NCBI RefSeq assembly: GCF_006345805.1
Contig: NC_043003.1
Coordinates: 50,964,001-51,028,000 of the forward strand
DNA from: Octopus sinensis
Taxonomy: Eukaryota
DNA length: 64,000 nucleotides
Direction: 5' to 3'
Part shown: piece by piece, positions 37,954 to 51,233 of the stretch
Numbering within the stretch: the stretch's first letter is position 1
Layout: the number at the start of each line of letters is the position of its first letter
Program-made: the position numbers and the translations under genes
Notes under the pieces: generated by a model
What the model was told of the DNA's origin: nothing
What the model saw: the letters and a program-made list of their open reading frames with translations, nothing else
The model's database searches: none

Positions 37954-39083
37954 GCATTTTTTAGCCAAAGAACTAATTTTTTTTTATTTAATGACAGGGG
38001 TGACAACTTCCACACGGCAATTGAGTGGTATTAGATTGGCATGCCAATTTTGCATGGAATTTAATGCTCATCAGTAATGCTTACCCCACGGCGGGTTGTG
38101 AAGCTGAATTCTACCCTGTCAATAACTATATACATATATATATATATATGAGTATATATACACGTAGAGTCCATTATGTCTCGGAAGAAAGACGGAATGG
38201 TCACAGTTGGGACGTCTTTGATTATATCTGTTCAATCAGTTTCAACTCGGAACTAAACAAGAGGTGACGAAGGGAACGAGATGAGGCAACGAGAGATCCT
38301 TTACTTGGTTGATCGAGTTGCTAGAAAGAGCAACCAAATCTTCCTGACGAAGAGAAAACTGAAATTTCCATCTTCAAGAAAAAAAATTAAAGTTTCTATT
38401 ATTTTATAATGTTCGCTTAGGAATTCATTACTTCAAGAAAAGAATAAGACAAAATAGCCATGGCTGGAACGCCTTTTCTCATAGATCCATTACAATCAGA
38501 GCTATCCTGTGGTTAAAACTATATTCTTCACTGAATGATGAATCAGCTAATATATATATGAGTGAATGGACAAACGAAAAAATGTGGCACTTGGCACGTT
38601 TTGTAGAGCTAAACATATTACTTAATAATAGCTTGATTCGGTTCCGTGCAAACTTACGTGGCTTGTAAACGAACGACGATCCTAGAATCATTTACCCTTA
38701 TAACACCGAATTTATAACCCTCTAATTGCAAATTACACAGTCCTCTGCACATCATCTGCCAGCTTTTCCAAGGCTCTACCATTTTATTATTCTTAAAATC
38801 TTCCACTTGAGATTCACTAGCTATACATTTGCAATCATTTCCACAGAAACCTTAAAATTTTAATATCACTTCAAGTGACCTGCAGCCAACCACCCTACTT
38901 TCTCAACCTTCCAAACTGCATAACGGACACCTTTCTTATTATATTTCTTACTCCTAAATTTCCACTCCCTTCCAAATAATTTTCACTCACAGCTAACCAA
39001 CCGCTAAATTTCGAGAAGTTTCAACATCCGAGATGCATTTGAAACGAAGCACAATTCAGTTTAGGCAAGTCAAAGATTTGTGA

Positions 39084-39136
<53 letters not shown>

Positions 39137-39251
39137 TATATATATATAACAAGAGAGGGATATGACATATATATGTATTTGTTTGTATACGTAGGTATGT
39201 ATTTATATATATAAATACACACACACAAGCATGTATATATACATACACGAT

Positions 39252-39295
<44 letters not shown>

Positions 39296-39425
39296 CACAC
39301 TCACAAACATGAATGTATATATGTATGTGTTGTGTAAAACCTCATTGTTAGTGAGTGAGAGGAAAGTGTTAGGGATAGGAAGAAGAGAGGGGAAAGAAGC
39401 AGGGTAACAGAAACGACATTACAAA

Positions 39426-39427
<2 letters not shown>

Positions 39428-39496
<69 letters not shown>

Positions 39497-39520
39497 CAAC
39501 AATAATAATAATAATAATAA
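39428..39520. repeat. (TAA)n microsatellite
   Basis: Direct reading. Confidence 0.95.
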
Positions 39521-39916
39521 TGAGAATTCTAAAACTAACCAGTGCACATGTGGTGTTTCCTGTTTGTAGACGCCTCCCTTCCTTTGGAAATGGTTTATTG
39601 GCGAACAAATCAAAATTATAACTATTCCAACATAAACATACATTTCCACAACGCATATATGCACACATATATAAGGTATATATATACACTCACACATCTG
39701 AATGTATATTTGTATCAATATACAAAAATAAATATGTGCGTTTGTGTGCATGCATGCATGCGTACGTGTGTGTGTGTGTTCGTACGTGCGTGTGTTCATG
39801 CAAATATATACGACAATGCGTGTATGTGCATGCGCACATACATATACATAAATACTTTACATGCATATATACATAAATACTTACATACATACAAACACAC
39901 ACACACACACACACAT

Positions 39917-39967
<51 letters not shown>

Positions 39968-40522
39968 TACACATTCGCCTTAAATTTCATCAGGATATAC
40001 TAGAGTTTGTATGAGAGAATGCGGTTTTGGCTCGCGCGCATGTATATAATACATTCATACCCAGATAGACAAACCGACAGATAAATAGACACACGTACAC
40101 ATGCATAAACGCATGCATAAATATACGGATAATACATACGTATAACACACATACATTATGATAGTATGCTTGTCCCAGTCATGAAACTGCAGGATGTCCT
40201 CCACTGAGTCCACAAGTCTTGATAGACTAGCAGTGCGCCGTCGGTGTGTCACGGATATAAAATCCAGGCAGAGCACTGCCCTCTCTCTGGGTTTGTCAAC
40301 TGCATACAATTGCTGAATGTGTAATGAGTTAAAGACAAAAAGCAACTATCCAGTGCTGAATTGGCATTTTATCTATTCACCTTGAGATGGCGAAAAGCTC
40401 GGATCACTTCAGCAACATTCTACAGCTCAGAGCGCAAAGACCCAGAAGAAGCACCAATTATAGATTCTTTTGGCTGCAGTAAGCAACTCTCCTATTAGGC
40501 TATCAACAGCGTGTGTATGCGC

Positions 40523-40573
<51 letters not shown>

Positions 40574-40921
40574 TGCGCGCAAAATAGAGAACTGGCTTCA
40601 GAGAATCGAACAGAACTCACTATAAGCTCTCCCGCTAGGAATCGGTTATCAGTTCACAAAGTAATTAAATTCCGATGTAGTTTAATTTATTCATGCCACC
40701 GAAAATTCAGGATATGCAAGCAATAAATAATCCACGAGGAGTAAATAATAATCAGAAAATAAGGAGGTTTGAGAGATGAATACGGATTAACCATTTCCAT
40801 GATTTTCATATGAGTCCAGCTCTTTCATAATCTTCTCAGATAGTAGTATTATTAATGTTAGCATTACAAATTAATATATACATTTAAATATGAATTTTTA
40901 GCATTATATAATGCAATTGTA

Positions 40922-41888
40922 AGGCGGCGAGCTGGCAGAAACGTTAGCACGCCGGGCAAAATGCTTAGCGGTATTTCGTCTGTCGCTACGTTCTGAGTTC
41001 AAATTCCGCCGAGGTCGACTTTGCCTTTCATCCTTTCGGGGTCGATTAAATAAGTACCAGTTACGCACTGAGGTTGATATAATCGACTTCATCCGTTTGT
41101 CTGTCCTTGTTTGTCCTCTATGTGTTTAACTCTTTGTGGGTAGTAACGAAATAGGTATTTCGTCTGTTTTTACCTTCTGAGTTCAAATTCAGCCGAGATC
41201 GACTTTGCCTTTCATCCTTCTGGGGTTGATGAATTAGGTATCAGTTGCCCCTTCCCCAAAAATTTCGAGCCTTGTGTCTAGTATAGAAAAGAATATTTTC
41301 TAATCTAGGCACAATGCCCGAAATTTTGGGGGACGGAGCCAGTCGATTAGATCGACCTCAATACGCAGCTGGTACTTAATTTATCGACCCCGAAAGGATG
41401 AAAGGCAAAGTCGACCTCGGCGTCATTTGAACTCAGAACTTAAAGACAGACGAAAGCATTTTGCCCGACATGCTAATGCTTCTTATTTCTGTATTACCCA
41501 CAAGGGGCTAAACATAGAGGGGACAAACAAGGACAAAGGGATTAAGTCGATTACATCGACCTCAGTGCGTAACTGGTACTTAATTTATCGACCCTGAAAG
41601 GATGAAAGGCAAAGTCGACCTCGGCGGAATTTGAACTCAGAACTTAGAGACAAACGAAATACTGCTAAGCATTTCGCCCGGTGTGTTAACGTTTCTGCCA
41701 GCTCACCGCCATATGTTTAGCATTATAATTTACGTTCAGCATATTCGCATTCATGTTTGTGAGTGTGTACATATATATAAATATATGTGATCGGAGTCGA
41801 TAAAATAAGTCCCAGTTGAACACTGATGTCGATGTAATCGACTCACCCACTTTCCCGGAATTGCTGGCCTTGTGCCAAAATTTGAAAC
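40922..41888 (+). mobile_element. SINE family A with 20-bp TSD, containing an antisense family A copy (~41296-41712)
   Basis: CATTATATAATGCAATTGTA at 40902-40921 and 41889-41908. Confidence 0.8.
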
Positions 41889-43364
41889 CATTATATAATG
41901 CAATTGTATATTACAAAATGATATATAAAAGAGAAAACTGTGTCCGTCTCTAATTTAATGATAGTCTCATAAACCTTGATGGGTGTGGTTTCCAACTGGG
42001 TTTTGTGATGCGAAGATCTTTATTTTTATTTTTAATGATTGACAGCAATTGACCTTCCGAGATATATTTTGTTTGTTTTGCATAGCAAAACATTTATAAT
42101 TTCTTTTGAATATTTTCAGTAAAGCTGCCTGCCATAGGGCGTGTTTAAAAAGGGATTATTTGATAAAATATCATTTTACAAGCTTATTCACCATTTTCAA
42201 AAATAGTTTCCATTACAAATGAAATTATTGTGTCTACTTCCAGTTTTGGCCTTCCATACATTGTGTACAAACCGAATGGGTTTTGTTTGTGTAACAGAGT
42301 TGAAACTTTAATGTATCCATGATGTCCCGATATATATGACCTGATGAATTATGCTTCCATACCTAATATACAACTGTATTATATAATGTTAAATATGCAA
42401 TTGATGTAAAATGTTTGTAGTAATTTGGAATGTTAGAGTTAATAATACGAGTTAGAGAAGATTACGAAACGGCTGTTATCATATGGAAATAATAAATCTT
42501 TATTAACTTTTCAAACCTCCTCGCAGTAAACGTAATACATGTCTTCGCTAACGAGATCTAAAAAGCTGGAATTGTTAAAAACTACCAGATATCAAGCTTA
42601 CTTTTCATTCTATTCTATTTTTAATTCATTTTAATTCCAAGGTGATCATCCCTATCTTTCTTGTCCAGAATTTGTCATTGAGATAATTATTTTGTTGCAT
42701 CAGAACATTTGTACTTTTGATTAAAATATTTAATTCCTTACATCACGCGTGTTAACAATCACTTTTCCGTAACGGGAAACATCAAATAAAAACAAATAAT
42801 TGAATTGATATGAAATACTTGTGGTCGAGAGATGTCAAACGAAGACTGTATAAGGCGAGATTTGAACTTAGAACGTATAAAAATTGGAACAAAATCTGCG
42901 AAGAATTTTTGTTTAACGTTCTGCAAAAAAATTTCCTCACACAATCTTTTATTACTTTAAATACTGCGTTTAACTACACATTGTAGTTCTGCAAATCCAC
43001 TGCTATTACAACTACGACCGATCATAATTATGTTTTTTATTGCCTGCATGGGTCCAGAATGTTTGGGACAGTCGAAAGAGGTAATACAAGAATATGGTGG
43101 GGAGGATATATCGAATAAAAACGGAATGAATCAACTGTAATAATGAAAAGTAATTACTGAAAAAATAACAATGAACTGCTAATGATACCAAGGCACATTC
43201 CTGGCTGTATGGTTAAAAAGCTCACTTTGCAACCATGTAGATTCAATCCCATTGCGCGGCATCTTCAGCAATTGTCTTCTATTATAGCCCTTGGGTTAAA
43301 CAGTGCTTTGTAAGTGAAATTGGCAGGTGGAAACTATGTGTGTGTGTGGGGGGGGTGTATTATG

Positions 43365-43452
<88 letters not shown>

Positions 43453-43454
<2 letters not shown>

Positions 43455-43910
43455 TTTAAGTGAGAGAGCAGCGCATGCCATCAACATGATACTGGGGTGA
43501 AATATACGAAGCCCAATATACCCATCATGACTACCCGTCTGATATCATAGGGAGATAAACAGCGCACGACCTTGCAGTTGGGGCGGAGTTAGAATTTTCT
43601 TCAGGTCGAGTAGCCCATGCTGCTCAAAAGGCCCCTGAATAAGGGTTACTCTAATCCTAAAGAATTCCTCTCAACACATGGCTATTTTGCTCCCCCACTA
43701 CTTTTGCTCGTGATCAGAGATGCACATATCGTCAACCACAAAGGGACATGGTCAACTAGTTAAAGTCAAACAACTGACAAGCAAATTTGTGGTATTGAGC
43801 AGAATATTTGCTGTAGCCCATCTTTTATACCAAGACAAAACATGTACATAACACTTCCAATCAGTTAAGATCAAAAGCCATGAGAGCCAGTGCCTGGTAC
43901 TACATCAAGG
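43453..43910 (-). mobile_element. Family F non-LTR 3' end with (TAA)n tail (43345-43452)
   Basis: Reverse-complement homologue of 13845-14270. Confidence 0.6.
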
Positions 43911-44465
43911 CATTGGCAGAATCATTGGCACGCCGGGTGAAATGCTTAGCAGTATTTCGTCTGCCTTTACGTTCTGAGTTCAAATACCGCCGAAGTCGAA
44001 TTTACCGTTCATCCTTTCGGGGTCGATTAAATAAGTACCAGTTACGCTCTGGGGTCGATATAATCGACTTAATCCGTTTGTCTGTCCTTGTTTGTCTTCT
44101 CTGCGTTTACCCCCTTGTGGGAGCAAAGAAATAGGTATTTCGTCTGCCGCTACGTTCTGAGTTCAAATTCCGCCGAGGTCGACTTTGCCTTTCATCCTTT
44201 CGGGGTCGATAAATGAAGTACCAGTGAAACACTGGAGTCGATGCAATCGACTAGTCCCCTCCCCAAAGATTTCAGGCTTTGTGCCCTTTAGTAGAAAGGT
44301 TTATTATTATCATTATTATTCAAATTCCGCCGAGGCTGACTTTGCCTTTCATCCATTCGGATGAAATAAGTCAATGAAATAAGTACCAGTTACACACCGG
44401 GGTCGATGTAATCAATCGATAATCCCCCTCCCCCAAAATTTCAGGCCTTGTGTCTATAGTATAAA
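43908..44465 (+). mobile_element. SINE family A trimer
   Basis: Three successive TTCAAAT.CCGCCGA..GCCTTTCATCC modules. Confidence 0.85.
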
Positions 44466-45232
44466 GGATTATTACTATTAGTATTAATTAAAACAGTTTG
44501 ATTCGATGTGTCTGTGTTTGTCCCAGACACACATCGCTTGACAACTGGTGCTGCTTTGTTTGCGGCCCTGTAACTTAATGGTTCGGCAAAAAAGAATGAT
44601 AGCATGTTTATAAGACTTTGAAAAAATAAGTACTGAGACCCATTTTTTCGATTGAAAAAACTCTCCAAAGTTGTGCCCCAGCATGACCGCAGTCTAATGA
44701 CCGAAACAACTAGAAGATAATAGAAGATAGGTACAACTTCTCTAATTTGCAAGATAGGTACAATCGCTTAAATCAATTCCAATATTCCACTGGTAATTTA
44801 TTTTATCAACTATCCAGGAGACTGAAATGGAAAGTCGACTACGGTAAAATTGAACTCAGAACTTCAAACAACGTAACTAAATTCTGTGAGGCGTTACGTC
44901 CGACTCCCTACCGCTTATAGATATGGGGGTATTTGGTTGCGACTTGTGATCAAAAATGTCAGAAAGGGATCTTATCTATGCATTTTTACAGCGGCGGCGC
45001 CTGGCGGATTTACATTCTAGACTCAACGACGTTATGCCTGACCTGGATATCAACAGATACCCCTGAGACAGTTAAGATTACCATGTCACTCTGGCACTAT
45101 CACCCTACCCTGTTATTTGTTAGGCAGTGTTTACAAAGCGATTTCCCTAACACTTTCACACACACCTCCCACCGTCTGTATGTAATTCTCTTCCTTCTTT
45201 CTCTTTTTGGATTCTCTCTCATCTTTACCCCG

Positions 45233-45270
<38 letters not shown>

Positions 45271-45744
45271 CCTCTCTCTATCTATCTATCTCTCAATATA
45301 ATCATATCTTTGATAGAAATATACATAGCGAGAAAGGAATGAAATATTTATACATTCACACATATACATAGAAAGATAAAGGGCATGGCCCTTTATTCTC
45401 TTACCCAATATTCAGAAAGTTCTCAAACCGGATGCTGAGCCCAAATGTAATACTTGAGATATGTACCAAGTAAAACCCCATAATCTCCCACTTCATTTAT
45501 CGTAAAACTAGTGATGTTCAACTGTTACTAAAGATACTGATTTAACTTTGTTCCTTCTCTTGTGGATATACTGTATGAATTTGACTGGGATTTTTTAAAA
45601 TCAAAATGTTGCTTCTTATTATTGTTTTAAAGTCAATAAGAGCGTTTGCTTTTACTCAGACGCTCCCCGGTCAACGCTGAGCGAGCAAACCTATGATTAA
45701 ACGCATCCCACTTGTGACCAAACATAGCAATAGATCCAGGCATA

Positions 45745-46075
45745 ACTGTATGATAAAGAAGCTTGCTTTACAACTACATAGTTTTGGGTTCAGTGCTATA
45801 TTGGGTAAGTCTCTTCTACTACAGCCCCAACTCGACCAAAAATTCGTGAGAAAATACAATAGACGGAAAATAAATGGAAGCTCATAGTATGTATGTGTAT
45901 ATATATATGTGTGTGTGTGTGTGTGCGCACACGTCTATGTGTGGATGACTTTGCAACTGTGTTTGTCATCCCCCATCCGCCACTTAACAACCAGTGTTGT
46001 TTTGTTTACATCCCCCAGAACCTAGTGGTTCGGCAGTAGAAACCTATAGAATAAGTACCACTCTTAATTTTTTTA
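45745..46075 (+). mobile_element. SINE family B, degenerate
   Basis: TTGGGTAAGTCTCTTCTACTACAGCCC, internal microsatellite, ATAGAATAAGTACC. Confidence 0.65.
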
Positions 46076-46130
46076 ATGTGTGCGCTGTAAAGTGTATGTG
46101 TGTTGAGGCGCGATGGTATGTACATAAATT

Positions 46131-46171
<41 letters not shown>

Positions 46172-46319
46172 TATCATCATCATCGTCATTATTATTATCA
46201 TCATTATTATTATTATGATCCTTGATTGGATACACTGCCCTACGAGCTTTACCTTTACTTTCCAGACTTGCTCGGTGACCTCTTTGCAAACGTTTACTGC
46301 AGCTGGCAACAGAATGGGA

Positions 46320-46975
46320 GAATTCCTAGTTTTATGAGCCGAGTAGCGGCTGAGAAAAGACCCGAATAAGGGGGATTGTATTGACAACTTTAGGCCCATA
46401 ACTCTGCTGAATACAGAGTTCAAAATTTTGGCCAAGGTGTTTGCTACGAGGCTTGTCGTCGAGGATCTGGTAGGGGAGGCACACACATGTGCCATCCCGA
46501 AAAGATCCATCCATGACTACCTCTATCATTGAGAAAGTTGCTAAAGAACCTGGCAGGAGTGGAGCCCTGATCAATTTAAATCAGTCTAAAGCTTTCGATA
46601 GGGTCGACCATCAATACCTGGTGACGGTCCTCAAGGCAGCTGGTTCCGGGCCTGTATTAAGGGGCTGGATCTCTACAATGCTCAGTGACATCTGTTCAGT
46701 GGTCAGAGTGAACGGTCACCTCTCAGAGCTGTTAAACATCATGTGCTCGGTCCGGTAAGGTTGCCCCCTTCTTGATTCGCTTGTATGTACTGACTCTCAA
46801 GCCACTACTACATAAACTGGAAGCGTTGAGAGGCATCCCGCGTGACCTAGGATATGGGAGATGCATGTCGGGATATGCCAACGACGTCACCGTAGTGGTA
46901 TCGGATCATAAACACATAGGGACTACGAGGTGGTTTAACCAGGAAAAATGAGTGGGCTTGCGGCTCGACACCTGG
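46320..46975 (+). pseudogene. L1/Tx1-clade LINE reverse transcriptase fragment
   Basis: DNFRPITLLNTEFKILAKV, LNQSKAFDRVDHQYL, VRVNGHLS, SVR*GCPL; frameshifts and stops. Confidence 0.8.
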
Positions 46976-46978
46976 AGA

Positions 46979-47047
46979 CACCTTAAAATTTCAAACAAAT
47001 TTTAATAGGGTAGGACCACCTTTGGCAGTAATTACGGCTTGAATTTA
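46979..47047. mobile_element. Short fragment of the same Tc1 family as 49558-50802
   Basis: CACCTTAAAATTTCAAACAAATTTTAATAGGGTAGGACCACCTTTGGCAGTAATTACGGCTTGAATT matches ~49585-49652. Confidence 0.75.
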
Positions 47048-47249
47048 CAAATACACGCATGCACAGACACACATACACACACAAATCTAATCAACAATCA
47101 ATATTTAATACACATCAAATCGATCTTCAACCACAGTGTAGTAATTTGTCACACACTCATCGCATCCTCAATAGGTAGGAAAGTCATAGAAATGTTTAGA
47201 GAGACATTTGGCAATTTACTTTGCACACTTATATGACTTTTATAATTTC

Positions 47250-48250
47250 ACCTTAGGTAATACGAAGTTGGGAAATATAGTAATTAGAGAAGCAACGCAT
47301 TTATGATATTAAAAGCAACATTAAAAGTACTGAATAACTAAATATGTCATTTTCCAAAGTATTTTCCACTCCAAATTTGACTACTCAGCGTACCTGCACA
47401 ATTTATTGTTTCAAACTTCATTTTTGATATAATTTTTAACCAAGTGATAGGTTCACCTCAAATCATATATCTTCGCTCCATAATTTTAAATATTCCAAAT
47501 ACTTTTTTTTAAGTGTATTGTTTAATTATTTGCTTTAATCATTTTAGTTTCCATCTTTACACACATCTTAAAACACAAATTTCCTGAAGTATTTTTTATT
47601 AAATATTTTTAATTTCAATTTAATCCTTCCACTTATTTCCCTTTTACATCTGAATTCTTTTACTATTTTCTATATTTACTTAACCTAATCTCATTTACAT
47701 TTTTCATTTTTCTTTTCTTGCTCCCTATAATACTTTATTAATGCTTCAATCATCATTTTAATAAGAATAGGTTTAAAAAATTGCCCGTACAATCTTTTTT
47801 TGTACCTTAAATATTTCATTTAGCTGCATATGTTCTTTTTGTTCTTTTCATAACAAGGCTGTTTAATCCTGGATTTAATTACAATCGTAATTAAATCTTT
47901 TTCTCTTTTATAACTCCTTTATTTCTCAAAATAATGGCTTATTTAGTTATTCAGTACTTTTAATATTGCTCATAAATACACTGCTTTTCTAATTAGTATA
48001 TTTCTCAATTTCGTATTACCTAATCCATTCACCTTTCATGCTTTATTATGCATATACATTTTCAATTATTTAATTTTAACTTTAACCCCTTGTTTTATGC
48101 TTACACTTCCGTTTTCCACGAACTTCCCACAACCTATTCATTCTTCCATAAAATTCATTTGTGTTACAACTTTTCATCACTATCTTGGCATATTAACCTT
48201 TTAGCATAAAGTAATTATCCTAACTCGTTTATATTTACGTTTTCATCATT
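47250..48250 (-). pseudogene. Very degraded L1/Tx1-like 3' region
   Basis: Only a WKILWKMT peptide (zf-RVT-like) and strand-biased composition. Confidence 0.25.
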
Positions 48251-48326
48251 GATCATTTAAATAACTTGTGACAGAATGAGTAAGTCCCAATCTCCAACTC
48301 ATTGCCTAGGAATTGAACCTGAATCA

Positions 48327-48398
48327 CCCGGACAACAAAATACTCAAAATAACCCCTCTCTGTCTGCGTGGGTTATTTTGAGTATTGTGTTGTCCGGG
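48327..48398. repeat. 72-bp hairpin (29-bp arms, 1 mismatch, 14-nt loop)
   Basis: CCCGGACAACAAAATACTCAAAATAACCC...GGGTTATTTTGAGTATTGTGTTGTCCGGG. Confidence 0.9.
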
Positions 48399-48630
48399 AG
48401 TTTCCTCTTATAGTAGAAGAAATAGCTAAGGTTCTTTGGCTGCTATTTCTAAAGTTCGGTATGTGGTAAAGCAAATGTTTGCTGAACCCTAATTATAATT
48501 ATACTCATAATTATAAAATATTGTTTAAGTTTACCGAAATATGATCCTTTTAACATGCCGAATACTACTTGGTGGAATTATTAATTACTAGTTAATTAGT
48601 TAATTTTACCCTTTATTATTATTGATTATA

Positions 48631-48754
<124 letters not shown>

Positions 48755-48898
48755 TGTATGTATGTATGTATGTGTATATGTATATGTATGTATATATATA
48801 TAATATATATATATATATATGTATGTATGTATGTATATATATGTATGTATGTATATATATACGTATGTATGTATATACATATAATTATATATAATTAC

Positions 48899-48994
<96 letters not shown>

Positions 48995-48996
<2 letters not shown>

Positions 48997-49545
48997 CAGG
49001 TCACTTTCGAGTGCTACTGGTAACATGTAACCCGGTACAACATGTTGCATGGTCGGGTCGTCGGCGACTAAACCGGCAACCCCACCAAGCTTGCTTGGTG
49101 AAGAGGGTGTTTATTGGACACCCTGCAGGATGAAAAACAAAACCCGTCAAAGGGCGGAGGAACTCTTGAGAGTCAAAGACCATCCAATAAATGTCTTAGG
49201 CTGTATCATGCGCGGAGACATAGAAATAATCGGACTGAATACCCGATCGCGCGGTTAAACCATTGGGAGTGAAGGACTCCTAGCCTTTGTTAGGGCATCC
49301 TTCTAGAAGGTAACTCAGGTAACTGGGATAACTCCGACATAAAACCTGCGGCTCAGTGGTTACCGATGATGTTGACTTGTTCTTCATTTCGGATTATAGC
49401 TGCTGTTGCTTAGTGAGTGAGATTGACTCAGTGCACAGCATTTCCTCACTAAAAAAAAATCTTCTTGCATAGGCATTGCACGTTAACAACATTGATTAAG
49501 CTTCGTGCTATGGTCATACTCGATAACGAGGGGGCAGCCACCATG
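48995..49545 (+). mobile_element. Unclassified GC-richer repeat resembling an RTE 5' UTR
   Basis: Non-coding, bounded by microsatellites; motifs CGACTAAACCGGCAACCCC and AGGGCATCCTTCTAGAAGG (recognition from memory). Confidence 0.35.
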
Positions 49546-49557
49546 TATGTATGTATA

Positions 49558-50798
49558 CACAAGGTTGGACAAAATAATGGAAACACTTCAAAAATTTAAA
49601 ACAAATTTTAATATAGGGTAGGGCCGCCTTTGGCAGTAATTACAGCTTGAATTCTACGAGGTATGGACTCGTACAAAGTTTGTTTCCAAAGGAATTTTTG
49701 TCCATTCTTCAGCTAAAACATTCTCCAGTTCTTGTAGTGATTATGGTGGAGAATATTGACTCCTTGTTTTTCTAAAATATTCAATAATATTGAGATCTGG
49801 GGACTGTGGTTGCCAGATAAGATGTTCAACTTCACTAAAATGTTCCTTGTGCCATTCAGTAACTACTTCAGTTGTGTGAATTGGTGCATTATCATCCTGA
49901 AAGATTGCGTTTCAATCCAGAATCAGTTCTGCAAACATAGGATGAATTTGATCAGATAAAATGCTTAAATAGTCTTGACTATTAATTCTGCCATGAAGGG
50001 AAACAATTGGGCCGGCGGATTTCCAAGATATAGCCACCCCAGATCATCACAGACCCTCCTCCGTGTTTAACAGTTGGAAGAAGGCAGTCTGGGTCAACTG
50101 CTTCTATTGTCTGTATCCACACGTATACTCGGTCGGTGGTCGGAAATACGGTAAAGGATGACTCGTCCGAGAAAATAACATTCTTCCACTGCTCTAGGGA
50201 CCAATTCTGTAGGTTTTTACTCCACTCTAAACGCTTTGCAACATTTGTTTTTGAAAGTAGTGCTTTTCTGATTGCAGCCCTCCCGTGAAATCCGGTTTTG
50301 TGCAGCTCCCGGCGAAAAGTTTTTGTGGAAACTGGGTTCTCGAGGTGGTCATTAAGCTCTGCAGTAATTTTGGGGATTCTGATCCTTTCTAACAATTTGT
50401 GTATGAGTCCGACGGTCCCTATCTGAAAGTTTGGGCTTTCTTCCGGAGTTTTGTTTCGACGAGGTTTTTTCCTCTTTCTCAAAGGCTGTCATTACTTTAG
50501 AAACAGCACTTCTTGATACACCAAACATTTTAGCTGTTTTCGTTACGGTAGCGCCTGCCATATGAGCACCAACAATTTTACCTCTTTGAAAGTCCGTTAG
50601 ATCTGTCATTTTAATGAATTTTAGATATCTTTCTCTGATGATATCAGAAAAGAAACAGCTATCTTAGCAAAACATATTAAGCAACACTAATAATAAAAAT
50701 AAATAAATAAATAAATAAACAAGCTTTTGAAGGTTTTATAGATATTTCAAAATTATGATGCTATGATGCTAGGTGTTGCCATTATTTTGTCCAACCCT

Positions 50799-50802
<4 letters not shown>
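49558..50802 (-). mobile_element. Complete Tc1/mariner-superfamily transposon, DD36E type
   Basis: ~29-bp TIRs CACAAGG(G)TTGGACAAAATAATGG(A/C)AACAC; TA at 49556-49557 (right flank reads TG). Confidence 0.9.
49640..50609 (-). pseudogene. Tc1-like transposase with frameshifts
   Basis: MTDLTDFQRGKIVG (HTH), GRKPKLS, VIFSDES, VKHGGGSVMIWG, FQDDNAPIH-(36 aa)-SPDLNIIE. Confidence 0.9.
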
Positions 50803-50855
<53 letters not shown>

Positions 50856-51233
50856 AGACAGACAAATAGACAAACAGATGTAGAGAGAGGGGAAAGTGTG
50901 AATACATAGGTGCACAACATGGTGGAGAAAATAATACTGAAATAGAGTAAAATATAGTGTTGTATTGAAGCTAACATTTTTCACAAAATGATACTCAGAG
51001 TTTCGCACACCCGATCATCAGACAGAAGTGAACTTGTAGAACAATGCAGTTATTGGTTTATATCTGCTTATATAATGTTTAGAAATGTTCGCAAATGTTT
51101 ATAAGCCACTGTATTGGTCCAAACCTTCACTTCCGTTTGATGATCGGCTTCGTCCAGCACGCGCACGCACGAATTCTTAGATGCAGCTCGTATAGGATCT
51201 TGCCTTGCATTTCTGTGCGCACATATAGCGTTA

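Noticed and set aside
38340-38375. CTGACGAAGAGAAAACTGAAA hammerhead-like string
   Set aside because: Helix II has only 2 bp and helices I and III are absent.
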